Both the position numbers and the translations under genes were made by a program. Below, in pieces: positions 54,697-63,757 of a stretch of DNA of 64,000 nucleotides (positions are counted from its first letter, which is position 1; every line of letters begins with the position of its first letter). The notes under the pieces are model-generated. The model saw only the letters and a program-made list of their open reading frames with translations, was not told where the DNA came from and ran no database searches. This DNA is from an uncultured Bacilli bacterium. GTDB lineage: Bacteria > Bacillota_I > Bacilli_A > RF39 > UBA660. The stretch spans positions 421,493-485,492 of the forward strand of contig CAKOOM010000001.1 in NCBI GenBank assembly GCA_934098395.1. Direction: 5' to 3'.

Positions 54697-55320
54697 ATGA
54701 AAATATACAAAAAAGAAAATGATATGATTGAAGTATATGAAATGGGTATTAATGATGAAGTAGTTAAATTATATAAAGATAGTCTTGCTAATAGAATTAA
54801 GTTTTATGATATTAAATCAAGCAATAATGATAAACTAAGAAAGTTTGATAAACAAGATATTATGAATGCTGGAGCACTAAATGGATATAAGGGTAAATAT
54901 GATTGGATTTTTACAGGTATTAGTAATGAGAAATATGGTCAAGACGAGATATTAAGTAAGTATATTGATGGTGAATATGATCAAGTTAGTGTTAAGGAAA
55001 TATATGGTAGTAATAAGGATAATTTTGATGAAGTGTTATATGCTTTAATACCAAGTGATAATTCAATAGTTATTACTAGAGATGAAAATGTTGGAGATAT
55101 ATATGCTCTTGAAAATATTTTAGTATTACCTTATGAATTATATAAACTTCAGATGTTATTACAAGGAAGATTTGATAAGTTATTACCTAAAGATTTAGAA
55201 TTATTTAACTCATTTTATAACTTAGAGTATTTAGGTAATTTAGAACATAGTTTAGTTAGTGAGATAATTACTGATAAGGAAATTAATATATGCAATAGAA
55301 TTTTGAAAAAGGCAAGATAA
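54697..55320 (+). CDS. Hypothetical protein
   Basis: ORF of about 207 aa. ATG 54697 lies 8 nt after GAAAGGA. No motif recognised. Confidence 0.5.
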   Translation: MKIYKKENDMIEVYEMGINDEVVKLYKDSLANRIKFYDIKSSNNDKLRKFDKQDIMNAGALNGYKGKYDWIFTGISNEKYGQDEILSKYIDGEYDQVSVKEIYGSNKDNFDEVLYALIPSDNSIVITRDENVGDIYALENILVLPYELYKLQMLLQGRFDKLLPKDLELFNSFYNLEYLGNLEHSLVSEIITDKEINICNRILKKAR

Positions 55321-55396
55321 TTCTTGTTTTTTTTCCTTATAAAAAAGTAAGTTTGATTTGTTTATATGATATAATTATTCAAAGGAGGGAGAAATA

Positions 55397-55840
55397 ATGG
55401 AATATAAACACTTAGGAGTATATGGATTAGTTATTAAAGGAGAGGAGGTACTACTGATTAAGAAGGCTGTTGGCCCTTATAAGGGTAAGTTAGATTTACC
55501 TGGAGGAACAGTTAATTTTGGTGAAAGACCAAATGAAACATTGATAAGAGAATTTGATGAAGAAACAGGTTTAGCAATAACTGATTATAGTTTATTTGAT
55601 GTGGATTCAGTAAAGTTTTTGTATAAAGAAAATGACAAGAGTATAATGGTACATCATATGGGAATATTTTATAAGATACTGGGATATGAGAATGATATTA
55701 AAGAAAATATTTCAGTGGATTTAGTTAATGATGATTCGTTGGGAGCAGGATTTTATAAGATAAGTTCTCTTAGAAAAGAAGATTTATCAAAAATTGCTAT
55801 ATTAGAACTGGAAAAGTTAGGGTATGAATTAAATGACTGA
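55397..55840 (+). CDS. NUDIX hydrolase
   Basis: Complete Nudix box GGTVNFGERPNETLIREFDEETGL (Gx5Ex7REx2EExG). Confidence 0.9.
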   Translation: MEYKHLGVYGLVIKGEEVLLIKKAVGPYKGKLDLPGGTVNFGERPNETLIREFDEETGLAITDYSLFDVDSVKFLYKENDKSIMVHHMGIFYKILGYENDIKENISVDLVNDDSLGAGFYKISSLRKEDLSKIAILELEKLGYELND

Positions 55841-56171
55841 AATGAAATTGCAAGATAAGTATTATGAATATATACTTAATGGAACGAAAAGAATTGAAAT
55901 AAGGTTAAATGATGAGAAGAGACAGGGGATTAAAATAGGTGATAAGATTAAGTTTATTAATGAGAGTGATGCATCTAAATATTTTATAGCAACAGTATGC
56001 AACTTAACTTATTATAATACGATAGATGAGATGTTTAATGATTACAATATAGAAATACTTGCGGATAAGAGTATGACTAAAGAAGAACTTAGGCAGGTAT
56101 TAATGGAATTTTATACGATAGAGAAACAAAATAAATATGGAATGGTTGCTATTTTGATAAAACTCGATTAA
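55833..56171 (+). CDS. ASCH domain protein
   Basis: 112 aa. LQDKYYEYILNGTKRIEIRLNDEKRQGIKIGDKIKF is the typical ASCH N-terminal beta-barrel pattern. It overlaps the Nudix gene by 8 nt. Confidence 0.65.
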   Translation: MTEMKLQDKYYEYILNGTKRIEIRLNDEKRQGIKIGDKIKFINESDASKYFIATVCNLTYYNTIDEMFNDYNIEILADKSMTKEELRQVLMEFYTIEKQNKYGMVAILIKLD

Positions 56172-56283
56172 GAGCTGACAATTTATCTTTAATAGACATA
56201 AAAAAGTGATGTTTCAATAATTTATTGATGGTAGGAACAGGAGAGTTATAAGTTTTTAGTTAAGAAAAAATAAATATATCGAT

Positions 56284-56325
56284 TTGACAAAAGCATACGA
56301 ATTTGTTATAATTTAGTATGCTTTT
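56284..56325 (+). promoter_or_regulatory. Consensus sigma-A promoter embedded in a perfect 10-bp inverted repeat, upstream of the RNase J gene
   Basis: TTGACA (56284-56289), 17 nt, TGtTATAAT (-10 at 56307-56312). AAAAGCATAC (56289-56298) and GTATGCTTTT (56316-56325) flank the -10 box. Confidence 0.6.
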
Positions 56326-56355
56326 ATACTTTATTTAAATTAAGAAAGGAGAGAA

Positions 56356-58002
56356 ATGAGTAAAATAAATATATTTAGTCTTGGTGGGCTAAATGAAAAT
56401 GGTAAGAATATGTATGTTATCGAAGTAGATAATGATATATTTGTTTTTGAAGCGGGTTTACAGTATGCGGATGAGCATACGTTAGGAATAGATTATGTTA
56501 TTCCAAATATAGATTATTTAAAGAATAATAAGGATAGAATAAAAGGGTTGTTTTTGACACATGGACATGATGAGAATATTGGAGCATTAGTAGATATAGT
56601 TGATGCGTTAGATAATGTTAAGATATATGCATCAAGATTTACAATGAATATTGTTAAACATGAATTTATGACTTATAAGAAAGATATAAGTAATTTAATT
56701 GAAATAAAGGAAAATAAAGCACTAGATTTTGGTAATGTTAGGATAGTTCCTACGAGTTTATCACACTCGATACCAGATAATTTTGGATATGCAGTGTATA
56801 CTCCGGATGGGGTTATATTTTATGCATCTGATTTTGTTATAGATTCGATGATGAGAGGTCCATATAAGACAGAACTTGGAAGACTTGCTTATATTGGTAG
56901 ACAAAATGTTTTGTGTTTAATGGCAGAATCTTTGTATGCAATGAAGAAGGATCATACTTCTCCGAATCATAGAATACAAGGACTAATTAATGAAACGTTA
57001 ACAAAACATAAGGGAAGAATTATATTTAATGTTCTTAATTCACATTTATATAGAATACAAGAATTATTTAATGAAGTATCTAAGACTGATCGTAAGATTG
57101 TAGTTATGGGTAAAAGATTACAAAATATAGTTAAGTATTCGATTGAAAATAATTATTTACATATAGATGAGAGTTTTATTGGTGATTTATCGAATATTAA
57201 TGATAGTAATGTAGTAATTTTGAATTCAAATGAAAGAGAAAAACCTTATGTAAATATTATTAAGATATTAGATGGATATGATAAATTTATAAGAATTAAT
57301 AAAAATGATACGATATTTTTGGCTACGCCTATTTATGAGGGAAGAGAGAAGACTTTCTATAGACTTTTAGATAGAATAGCAATGACAGGGGCTACAGCGG
57401 TTACCCTTAATCCGAAAAAATATTTATCTCATCATGCTTCATCTGAGGATTTGATGTTGATGATTGATTTAATGAATCCGAAGTATTATTTTCCAATAAA
57501 GGGAGAATATTCAGAACAAGTAGCTAATGGTGATTTGGCTTATGAACTTGGTATCCCTAGAGAAAATATTATTTTAAAAGAGAATGGTAGTGTAGCTACA
57601 TTTGAAAATGGAGTATTAATAGATAACTTTAAGCAGGTACATACGGGTATTGTGTGTATTGATGGTGATTCTTCGGATGATATTGGAGAATTGGTTTTAA
57701 AGGATAGAGAAATGCTTTCTAATAATGGTATAGTTATTATTAGTGCAACGATTGATAAGAAGAGTAAGGCTATTTTATCAGGGCCTGAAATACTTACCAG
57801 GGGATTTATTTACGTAAAAGATAGTCAAGATCTTATTAATAGTATTAAAAAGATGAGTTCTTCAATTATTGTAAGTAACGTTCATAATAATTATATTGAT
57901 TATTCGAAGGTGAAGAATACTATTAGGGAAAATTTATCAAAATATTTATTTGAACAAACGGGTAATAGACCAATGATAATAACAGTTATTCAAGAAATTT
58001 AA
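56356..58002 (+). CDS. rnj: Ribonuclease J family protein (J2-like, with degenerate metal-binding motifs)
   Basis: It aligns by eye along its full length with Bacillus RNase J1 (IFSLGGLNENGKNMY.., LGIDYVIPN, SHSIPD, SDF, RGFIYVKDS, RPMIITVIQEI). Motif HGHEDH is HGHDEN here (56560-56577) and PIHGE is PIKGE (Lys codon 57499-57501). Confidence 0.85.
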   Translation: MSKINIFSLGGLNENGKNMYVIEVDNDIFVFEAGLQYADEHTLGIDYVIPNIDYLKNNKDRIKGLFLTHGHDENIGALVDIVDALDNVKIYASRFTMNIVKHEFMTYKKDISNLIEIKENKALDFGNVRIVPTSLSHSIPDNFGYAVYTPDGVIFYASDFVIDSMMRGPYKTELGRLAYIGRQNVLCLMAESLYAMKKDHTSPNHRIQGLINETLTKHKGRIIFNVLNSHLYRIQELFNEVSKTDRKIVVMGKRLQNIVKYSIENNYLHIDESFIGDLSNINDSNVVILNSNEREKPYVNIIKILDGYDKFIRINKNDTIFLATPIYEGREKTFYRLLDRIAMTGATAVTLNPKKYLSHHASSEDLMLMIDLMNPKYYFPIKGEYSEQVANGDLAYELGIPRENIILKENGSVATFENGVLIDNFKQVHTGIVCIDGDSSDDIGELVLKDREMLSNNGIVIISATIDKKSKAILSGPEILTRGFIYVKDSQDLINSIKKMSSSIIVSNVHNNYIDYSKVKNTIRENLSKYLFEQTGNRPMIITVIQEI

Positions 58003-58066
58003 CAAGTAAAATTGTTAGATTTTTTTATTAACTAAAGAATATTATGATATAATTATGGTATAGTGG

Positions 58067-58771
58067 ATGGTGATTATAGTGAAGTTTGTAGTAGTTATTC
58101 CAAGTTTTAATCCGAGTGAAGCACTTATTAAAATAGTAGATGAGTTAATTATTAATGATGTTCGGAAAATTATTATTGTTAATGATGGTAGTGAAAATAG
58201 ATGTAATAGGATTTTTTCTGAGTTAAGAAAAAGAAAAGAATGTGTAGTATTAAGACATAAAGAGAATATGGGTAAGGGAGTAGCTATTAAGACCGCACTT
58301 AATTATTATTTTAATAATTTATTTACTACGTATAAGGGAATTGTTACAATGGATTGTGATTCACAACATTTGGTTAAGGATGTAATTAAAGTAGGTAAAG
58401 CGGTAATACTTGAAGATAAATTTGTACTTGGAATGCGTGATTTTTCGTTAGATAATGTTCCTTTAAGAAATAAGCTTGGTAATAAGATAACTTCATGGGT
58501 ATTTAAAAAGTTATATCATGTTTATTTAAGAGATACACAAACTGGTCTTAGAGGAATACCTAATAGATTAGTTAGATATTTAAAGAAAATTGATGGGGAT
58601 AGATTTGAATATGAAATTAATGAGCTAATTGATTTGGTTAAAGATAAGGAAGAAATATATCAAGTAGATATTGATACGGTATATTTAAAGGATAGTAATA
58701 AACATAGTAAGTTTAAAGTATTTAGAGATTCTTATAATATATATAAGGTTATATTTAAGAGAAGAAAGTAA
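58067..58771 (+). CDS. Family 2 glycosyltransferase
   Basis: VVIPSFNPSE..VNDGS..MDCDSQH (DxD-type) and the fold pattern of GT2 enzymes. 234 aa, no TM. Confidence 0.75.
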   Translation: MVIIVKFVVVIPSFNPSEALIKIVDELIINDVRKIIIVNDGSENRCNRIFSELRKRKECVVLRHKENMGKGVAIKTALNYYFNNLFTTYKGIVTMDCDSQHLVKDVIKVGKAVILEDKFVLGMRDFSLDNVPLRNKLGNKITSWVFKKLYHVYLRDTQTGLRGIPNRLVRYLKKIDGDRFEYEINELIDLVKDKEEIYQVDIDTVYLKDSNKHSKFKVFRDSYNIYKVIFKRRK

Positions 58772-58797
58772 AATCTACACAAAAGTGTAGATTTTTA
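58770..58797. terminator. Bidirectional terminator between the GT2 and sortase genes
   Basis: Perfect 10-bp stem AAATCTACAC/GTGTAGATTT, AAAA loop, flanked by A and T runs. Confidence 0.75.
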
Positions 58798-59748
58798 TCG
58801 ATATTCAGCTTTAATCATTTTAGCATGAATTACTATTCTTTTTGTTCCATCATCAGTACAAGTAGATAGAGTTAGGATTTTATCTTTGTATGTTACATCT
58901 TCGTTGAAGTTGTAAATACTACGAGATTTGATAGTATTTATAAATTCTTTATGTTCTTCATCACTGTCAAAGTATGTTTTTATGTAATAAGCTTCAGGTT
59001 TTATTATATATATTGAAAATATTTTCCATACGGTATTTGAGTCTGGAGTTGATAACTTAATATACATATTTTCTTCGTTTTTATACCATGATTCTTTTAA
59101 ACACCAGACAAGAGAACCAAACATAGTTCTGTTAGTTAAGTTATGGGCATAAATGATGGTATTATTTTCAAAATATTTAAAATTATCACGATAATCAGCA
59201 AAAACCCAACCGTTGTAATTACTATTTTTATTAAAGTCGTGATGGAGATAATATTCATTATCATTGTGTTGAACGATTGAATAGTTAACATTAGTATTGT
59301 TTACTTTAATCCATCCGACAGTTTCACTATTTTTTTTAATTAGATCATTAAAGTCCACGGAGATATAACTTATATTTTTGTATTTATCATTGTCAACAGG
59401 GTTATATTCGAAGGTTTCATTATTAGTATTTTGTTCTTCTTTTTCAATAATTTCAGTACTTGATATAATATCTTTTGATAGGTAGTCTATTTTTAATTTT
59501 TGAACGTACCATCTAGATATTATGAATATGCATATAAAATATACGGATAGACTAAGAAAAATCATAATTATAGGAATAATTGGTTTACCTTTATATTTTA
59601 AATTAGCTCCTTTTTTAGGATTTATAATGCATATTAATCCTTTTATGAAATATTTTGGAATAATAGTTATAGTTGTATATAATCCGAGGAAGAACCAACG
59701 TATTATTTTTATAAGAAACACCTCCTTATATTGTTTTAAGTATATCAT
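58795..59748 (-). CDS. srtB: Class B sortase with an extended two-TM N-terminus
   Basis: TVGWIKVNNTNVNYSIVQ, IIYAHNL (His), TLSTC (catalytic Cys) and RIVIHAK (Arg). The start is uncertain: ATG 59748 has no SD, and the strong SD at 59719-59728 has no canonical start after it. The track ORF extends to 59913 but overlaps the neighbouring promoter and gene. Confidence 0.8.
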   Translation of the reverse strand: MIYLKQYKEVFLIKIIRWFFLGLYTTITIIPKYFIKGLICIINPKKGANLKYKGKPIIPIIMIFLSLSVYFICIFIISRWYVQKLKIDYLSKDIISSTEIIEKEEQNTNNETFEYNPVDNDKYKNISYISVDFNDLIKKNSETVGWIKVNNTNVNYSIVQHNDNEYYLHHDFNKNSNYNGWVFADYRDNFKYFENNTIIYAHNLTNRTMFGSLVWCLKESWYKNEENMYIKLSTPDSNTVWKIFSIYIIKPEAYYIKTYFDSDEEHKEFINTIKSRSIYNFNEDVTYKDKILTLSTCTDDGTKRIVIHAKMIKAEYR

Positions 59749-59775
59749 AATTTTGTCAAAAATGGTATATATACT

Positions 59776-59803
59776 TTGAAAAATAAAAAAATTTTGGTAT
59801 AAT
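59776..59803 (+). promoter_or_regulatory. Promoter of the DUF402 gene
   Basis: TTGAAA (59776-59781), 16 nt, TGgTATAAT (-10 at 59798-59803). Confidence 0.5.
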
Positions 59804-59825
59804 ATGTTTAGTTTTAAGGAAGAAG

Positions 59826-60377
59826 GTGAGTTTAGTGAATGTTGATGGTATAAAAATAGGTGATAAGTTACAAATTCATTGTTATAAACATGATGGTAGT
59901 TTACATAGAACATGGGATGAAGCTGTTGTTTTAGATATTTTTGATGATTATATGGTGTTTGGTAATAATAGAACTACAGTAGTTGATTCGGACGGCAAGA
60001 TTTGGAAAACGAGAGAACCAGCAGTTATGTTTTTCTTTACTAATAGATGGTTTAATATAATTGGGCAATTAAAAGATTATGGAATTTATTATTATTGTAA
60101 TATAGCTACGCCAGCTTTGATAGATAATAGAGTAATTAAGTATATAGATTATGATTTGGATTTGAGAGTATTTCCTAATGGAAGTTTTAAAATCTTAGAT
60201 AGAATGGAATACAAATATCATAGAAAACAGATGCATTATTCGAATAGATTAGATTTTATACTGAAATATGAACTAGCTAATTTAATTGAAATGGTAAGAG
60301 AAAGAGAATTACCTTTTGATAAGAATATAATTAATAAATATTATGATAAGTATGTTTCATTAGTTTCTAAACAGTAG
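59826..60377 (+). CDS. DUF402 (UPF0374) nucleoside tri/diphosphatase-like protein
   Basis: Strong resemblance to staphylococcal Ntdp and Bacillus YgaC: IHCYKHDGSLHRTWDE, TREPAVMFF, GIYYYCNIATP, KYIDYDLDLRVFPNG. Confidence 0.8.
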   Translation: MSLVNVDGIKIGDKLQIHCYKHDGSLHRTWDEAVVLDIFDDYMVFGNNRTTVVDSDGKIWKTREPAVMFFFTNRWFNIIGQLKDYGIYYYCNIATPALIDNRVIKYIDYDLDLRVFPNGSFKILDRMEYKYHRKQMHYSNRLDFILKYELANLIEMVRERELPFDKNIINKYYDKYVSLVSKQ

Positions 60378-60392
60378 TAATACTGTTTTTTC
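60369..60392 (+). terminator. Terminator overlapping the DUF402 stop
   Basis: AAACAGTA/TACTGTTT stem, GTAA loop, T run. Confidence 0.65.
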
Positions 60393-60454
60393 TTTTTATA
60401 AAATGAAAAATATGGTATAATTAATGTATAAGTATATAAGATTAGGAGATAGAT

Positions 60455-62410
60455 ATGAATAAAGTAGAGAGAATGAAGGAATTAATAGCTACGCTTAATC
60501 AGGCTTCGGTTTTATACTACCAATATAGTACAATAATGATGACTGATTATGAGTATGATAAATTATATGATGAGTTAGTAGAACTTGAGAAGGAGACAGG
60601 GATAACTTTATCTAATAGTCCAACTATTAATGTAGAACCTGAGGTATCTAGTTCTCTTAAGAAGGTAGAGCATCCATCTCCAATGTTATCTTTGGCTAAG
60701 ACTAAGAATATAGATGAGTTAGAAGAATTTTTAGGAAAACAGAACGGTCTTTTATCTTGGAAATTAGATGGGTTAACGATAGTGCTTACTTATGATAAGG
60801 GGGAACTTATTAGTGGAGTTACTCGTGGTAATGGGATTATTGGTGAGGATGTATATGAGAATGTGCGTCAGTTTAAGAATATTCCTTTAAGAATAGCTTA
60901 TAAAGGGAGACTTGTTTTAAGAGGAGAAGCTATTATTAAATATTCTGATTTTGAGAGAATGAATAATGAACTTGGTGACTCAGTAAATCAATATAAGAAT
61001 CCACGTAATTTATGTTCTGGTTCAGTTAGACAACTTGATAGTAAGATAACAGCTAAGAGATGTGTTAATTTGATTGTTTTTGCTTTGATTAGTGCAAGTG
61101 ATAAGGATTTTAGTACAAAGAGTGAAGAATTTGCTTGGCTTAGTTCTTTAGGATTTACGGTGGTTGAGAATTTTCCAGTTACAAAGGATACGGTTAGGGA
61201 GAGAGTACTTGATTTTAAAAATAGAGTAGTTAGTTATGATATTCCATCTGATGGTTTAGTACTTACTTATGATTCAATAGAATATAGCAATAGTTTAGGT
61301 ACTACGGCTAAATATCCGAAACATTCGATGGCTTTTAAGTGGCAAGATGAAACGGCTGAAACGGTTATTAGAGATATTGATTGGATGGTATCAAGAACGG
61401 GATTAATTAATCCAGTAGCAGTATTTGATCCGGTAGAACTTGAGGGTACGGTTGTATCTAGAGCATCACTTCATAATGTTTCAGTATTAAAAGGATTGAA
61501 AATAGGAATTGGGGATACTGTTTTGGTATATAAAGCTAATATGATTATTCCGCAAATAGCTGATAATTTAACAAAGAGTAATAATTTATTAATTCCAGAT
61601 AAGTGTCCGCGTTGTAATCATCAAGCTAAGATAATTAGCGAGAATGATATAGAATATTTATATTGTATGAATGAAGTATGTCCTGCTAAATTGATAAAGA
61701 GATTAAGTCTTTTTGTTAGTAGAAATGCAATGAATATAGATGGACTTAGTGACCAGATACTAAGTAAATTAATTGAAATGGGAATTGTTAATAGTCCAGC
61801 TTCAATATATAGAATAAGTAAATATAAAGATACGATTATGTCTTCTTTTGGATTTGGAGTTAAATCTTATAATAATTTAATAGATTCGATTGAAGCATCA
61901 AGAAATGTACGAATAGCTAACTTTATTTATTCTTTAGGTATTCCAGAGATTGGTTTATCAAGAGCAAAACTTATATGTAAAAATTTTAATAATTCAATAG
62001 ATAAAATTAGAAATTTAGAATTTGATGAATTGAGTCAAATATATGGAATTGGTCCTATTATAGCTAGAGAATGGATGGATGCTTTTAATAATGAGGATTT
62101 TTTACAAGAGTTTAATGAGATTCTTAAAGAAGTTAATATAATTAGTGAAGATGATAATAGTCAAATACTTGATAAGTTAAACTTTGTTATTACAGGAAGT
62201 TTATCTAAATTTGATAATAGAGATATGTTAGTTGAATATATAGAAAATAATGGTGGTAAGGTGTTAAAAGCAGTATCTAGTAATGTAGATTATTTAATTA
62301 ATAATGATGTTACTTCAAATTCTTCGAAGAATAAAAAAGCTAAAGAACTTGGAATAAAGATTATTAGTGAAGATGAGTTTTTGGAGTTATGTAAGGGAGA
62401 TACAGAATGA
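60455..62410 (+). CDS. ligA: NAD-dependent DNA ligase
   Basis: Adenylation motif SWKLDG, OB fold, Cys4 zinc finger (CPRCNH..CMNEVCPAK), HhH repeats and a C-terminal BRCT domain. Confidence 0.95.
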   Translation: MNKVERMKELIATLNQASVLYYQYSTIMMTDYEYDKLYDELVELEKETGITLSNSPTINVEPEVSSSLKKVEHPSPMLSLAKTKNIDELEEFLGKQNGLLSWKLDGLTIVLTYDKGELISGVTRGNGIIGEDVYENVRQFKNIPLRIAYKGRLVLRGEAIIKYSDFERMNNELGDSVNQYKNPRNLCSGSVRQLDSKITAKRCVNLIVFALISASDKDFSTKSEEFAWLSSLGFTVVENFPVTKDTVRERVLDFKNRVVSYDIPSDGLVLTYDSIEYSNSLGTTAKYPKHSMAFKWQDETAETVIRDIDWMVSRTGLINPVAVFDPVELEGTVVSRASLHNVSVLKGLKIGIGDTVLVYKANMIIPQIADNLTKSNNLLIPDKCPRCNHQAKIISENDIEYLYCMNEVCPAKLIKRLSLFVSRNAMNIDGLSDQILSKLIEMGIVNSPASIYRISKYKDTIMSSFGFGVKSYNNLIDSIEASRNVRIANFIYSLGIPEIGLSRAKLICKNFNNSIDKIRNLEFDELSQIYGIGPIIAREWMDAFNNEDFLQEFNEILKEVNIISEDDNSQILDKLNFVITGSLSKFDNRDMLVEYIENNGGKVLKAVSSNVDYLINNDVTSNSSKNKKAKELGIKIISEDEFLELCKGDTE

Positions 62411-63624
62411 AAGAAAAATATTATAAGTATGCAGAATTATTATTGAAAAAGGGACTTGATATTAAAGTAGGACAGCCACTTTTGGTAAACTTTCCAGCTG
62501 AAGCAATGGATTTTATTAGAGTATTAACAGAAGTAGCTATGAATTTAGGAGTTAGAGATATCTACTACGATATAAGTGATGAAGAATTAAAACATATGCA
62601 ATTAAAATATTATTCAATTGGGGATATTAAGAATAGTAGATTTTGGAATAAGAGTATTCATGATGAGTATGCAAAGAAGGGAGCAGCATTTTTGTTTTTT
62701 GTGTCTTCAGTTAATGATAGAATGAAGGATATTGATAATGAAAAGTTAGAAGTGGCTCAAAGACATTCTCTTCAGACAAGGAAATTGTATAGAGAAATGC
62801 AAGAGAAAAACGAGGTTGATTGGTGTATTGCTTCAGTAGCTACGAAAGAATGGGGAGACATGATATATGGAGATACAACTAACTCAAGAGAAAAGCTATG
62901 GGAGACAATATTTGATATTTGTTTAATTAATGAAGATGATCCTTGTTTAGCATGGACTAGGAAGATGGAAGAAAATAGAAGAAATTATCAAAAATTAAAT
63001 GATTTACATATAAAAGAATTACATTATAGGAATAGTTTAGGTACTGATTTAAAAATAGGTCTTAGTGATAAGGCTAGATGGCTTGGCGGAGCTAGTTTAA
63101 TAAAGGGAAGAGAAATAATTGTTAATATTCCTACTGAAGAAGTATTTACGACACCAGATAAGCATAAAACTAATGGGGTAGTTTACTGCTCTAAGCCACT
63201 TCTTTATTCAGGAAGTATTATTAAAGATATTATGCTTGAATTTAGGGATGGTAAAGTCGTTAATTATAGTGCTAGTAGTAATCAACAAGTTCTTAAAAAT
63301 ATAATTGATTATGATGAAGAGTCTAGTTATCTTGGAGAAGTAGCTTTAGTAGATTATGATTCGAAGATATCTAATACGAATATTCTTTTTTATGAGACAT
63401 TATTTGATGAGAATGCTTCATGTCATATAGCTTTGGGTAGAGGATTTAGAGAATGTTTAGAAAATGGTAATGATTTAAATGATTTAGAACTTGAGGAAGT
63501 TGGATATGATAAATCTAGAAATCATGTTGATGTTATGATAGGTACTAAAGATTTGGAGATAATTGCTAAGACAAGTGATGGTTTAGAAATTGAATTGTTT
63601 AAAAATGGTGGTTTTTGTATATAA
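62407..63624 (+). CDS. M29 family aminopeptidase (AmpS/PepS-like)
   Basis: KYAELLLKKGLDIKVGQPLLVNFPAEA.., EEVFTTPD, LFDENASCHIALG and HVDVMIG motifs. It overlaps the ligA stop (ATGA). Confidence 0.85.
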   Translation: MKEKYYKYAELLLKKGLDIKVGQPLLVNFPAEAMDFIRVLTEVAMNLGVRDIYYDISDEELKHMQLKYYSIGDIKNSRFWNKSIHDEYAKKGAAFLFFVSSVNDRMKDIDNEKLEVAQRHSLQTRKLYREMQEKNEVDWCIASVATKEWGDMIYGDTTNSREKLWETIFDICLINEDDPCLAWTRKMEENRRNYQKLNDLHIKELHYRNSLGTDLKIGLSDKARWLGGASLIKGREIIVNIPTEEVFTTPDKHKTNGVVYCSKPLLYSGSIIKDIMLEFRDGKVVNYSASSNQQVLKNIIDYDEESSYLGEVALVDYDSKISNTNILFYETLFDENASCHIALGRGFRECLENGNDLNDLELEEVGYDKSRNHVDVMIGTKDLEIIAKTSDGLEIELFKNGGFCI

Positions 63625-63675
63625 GAGTTGTTGTTCATTTTGATGAATATTTTCCAGACTATAATGAGCGAATAC

Positions 63676-63713
63676 CAAAAAAGAAGAGAAGTCAAATATG
63701 ACTTCTTTTTTGG
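63676..63713 (+). terminator. Terminator after the aminopeptidase gene
   Basis: Stem AGAAGTCA/TGACTTCT (63687-63694/63699-63706), extended by A/T pairs, followed by T5. Confidence 0.75.
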
Positions 63714-63757
63714 TATAAAAAATAATAAAAAGAAAATAATAATATTGGTGATAAAGG

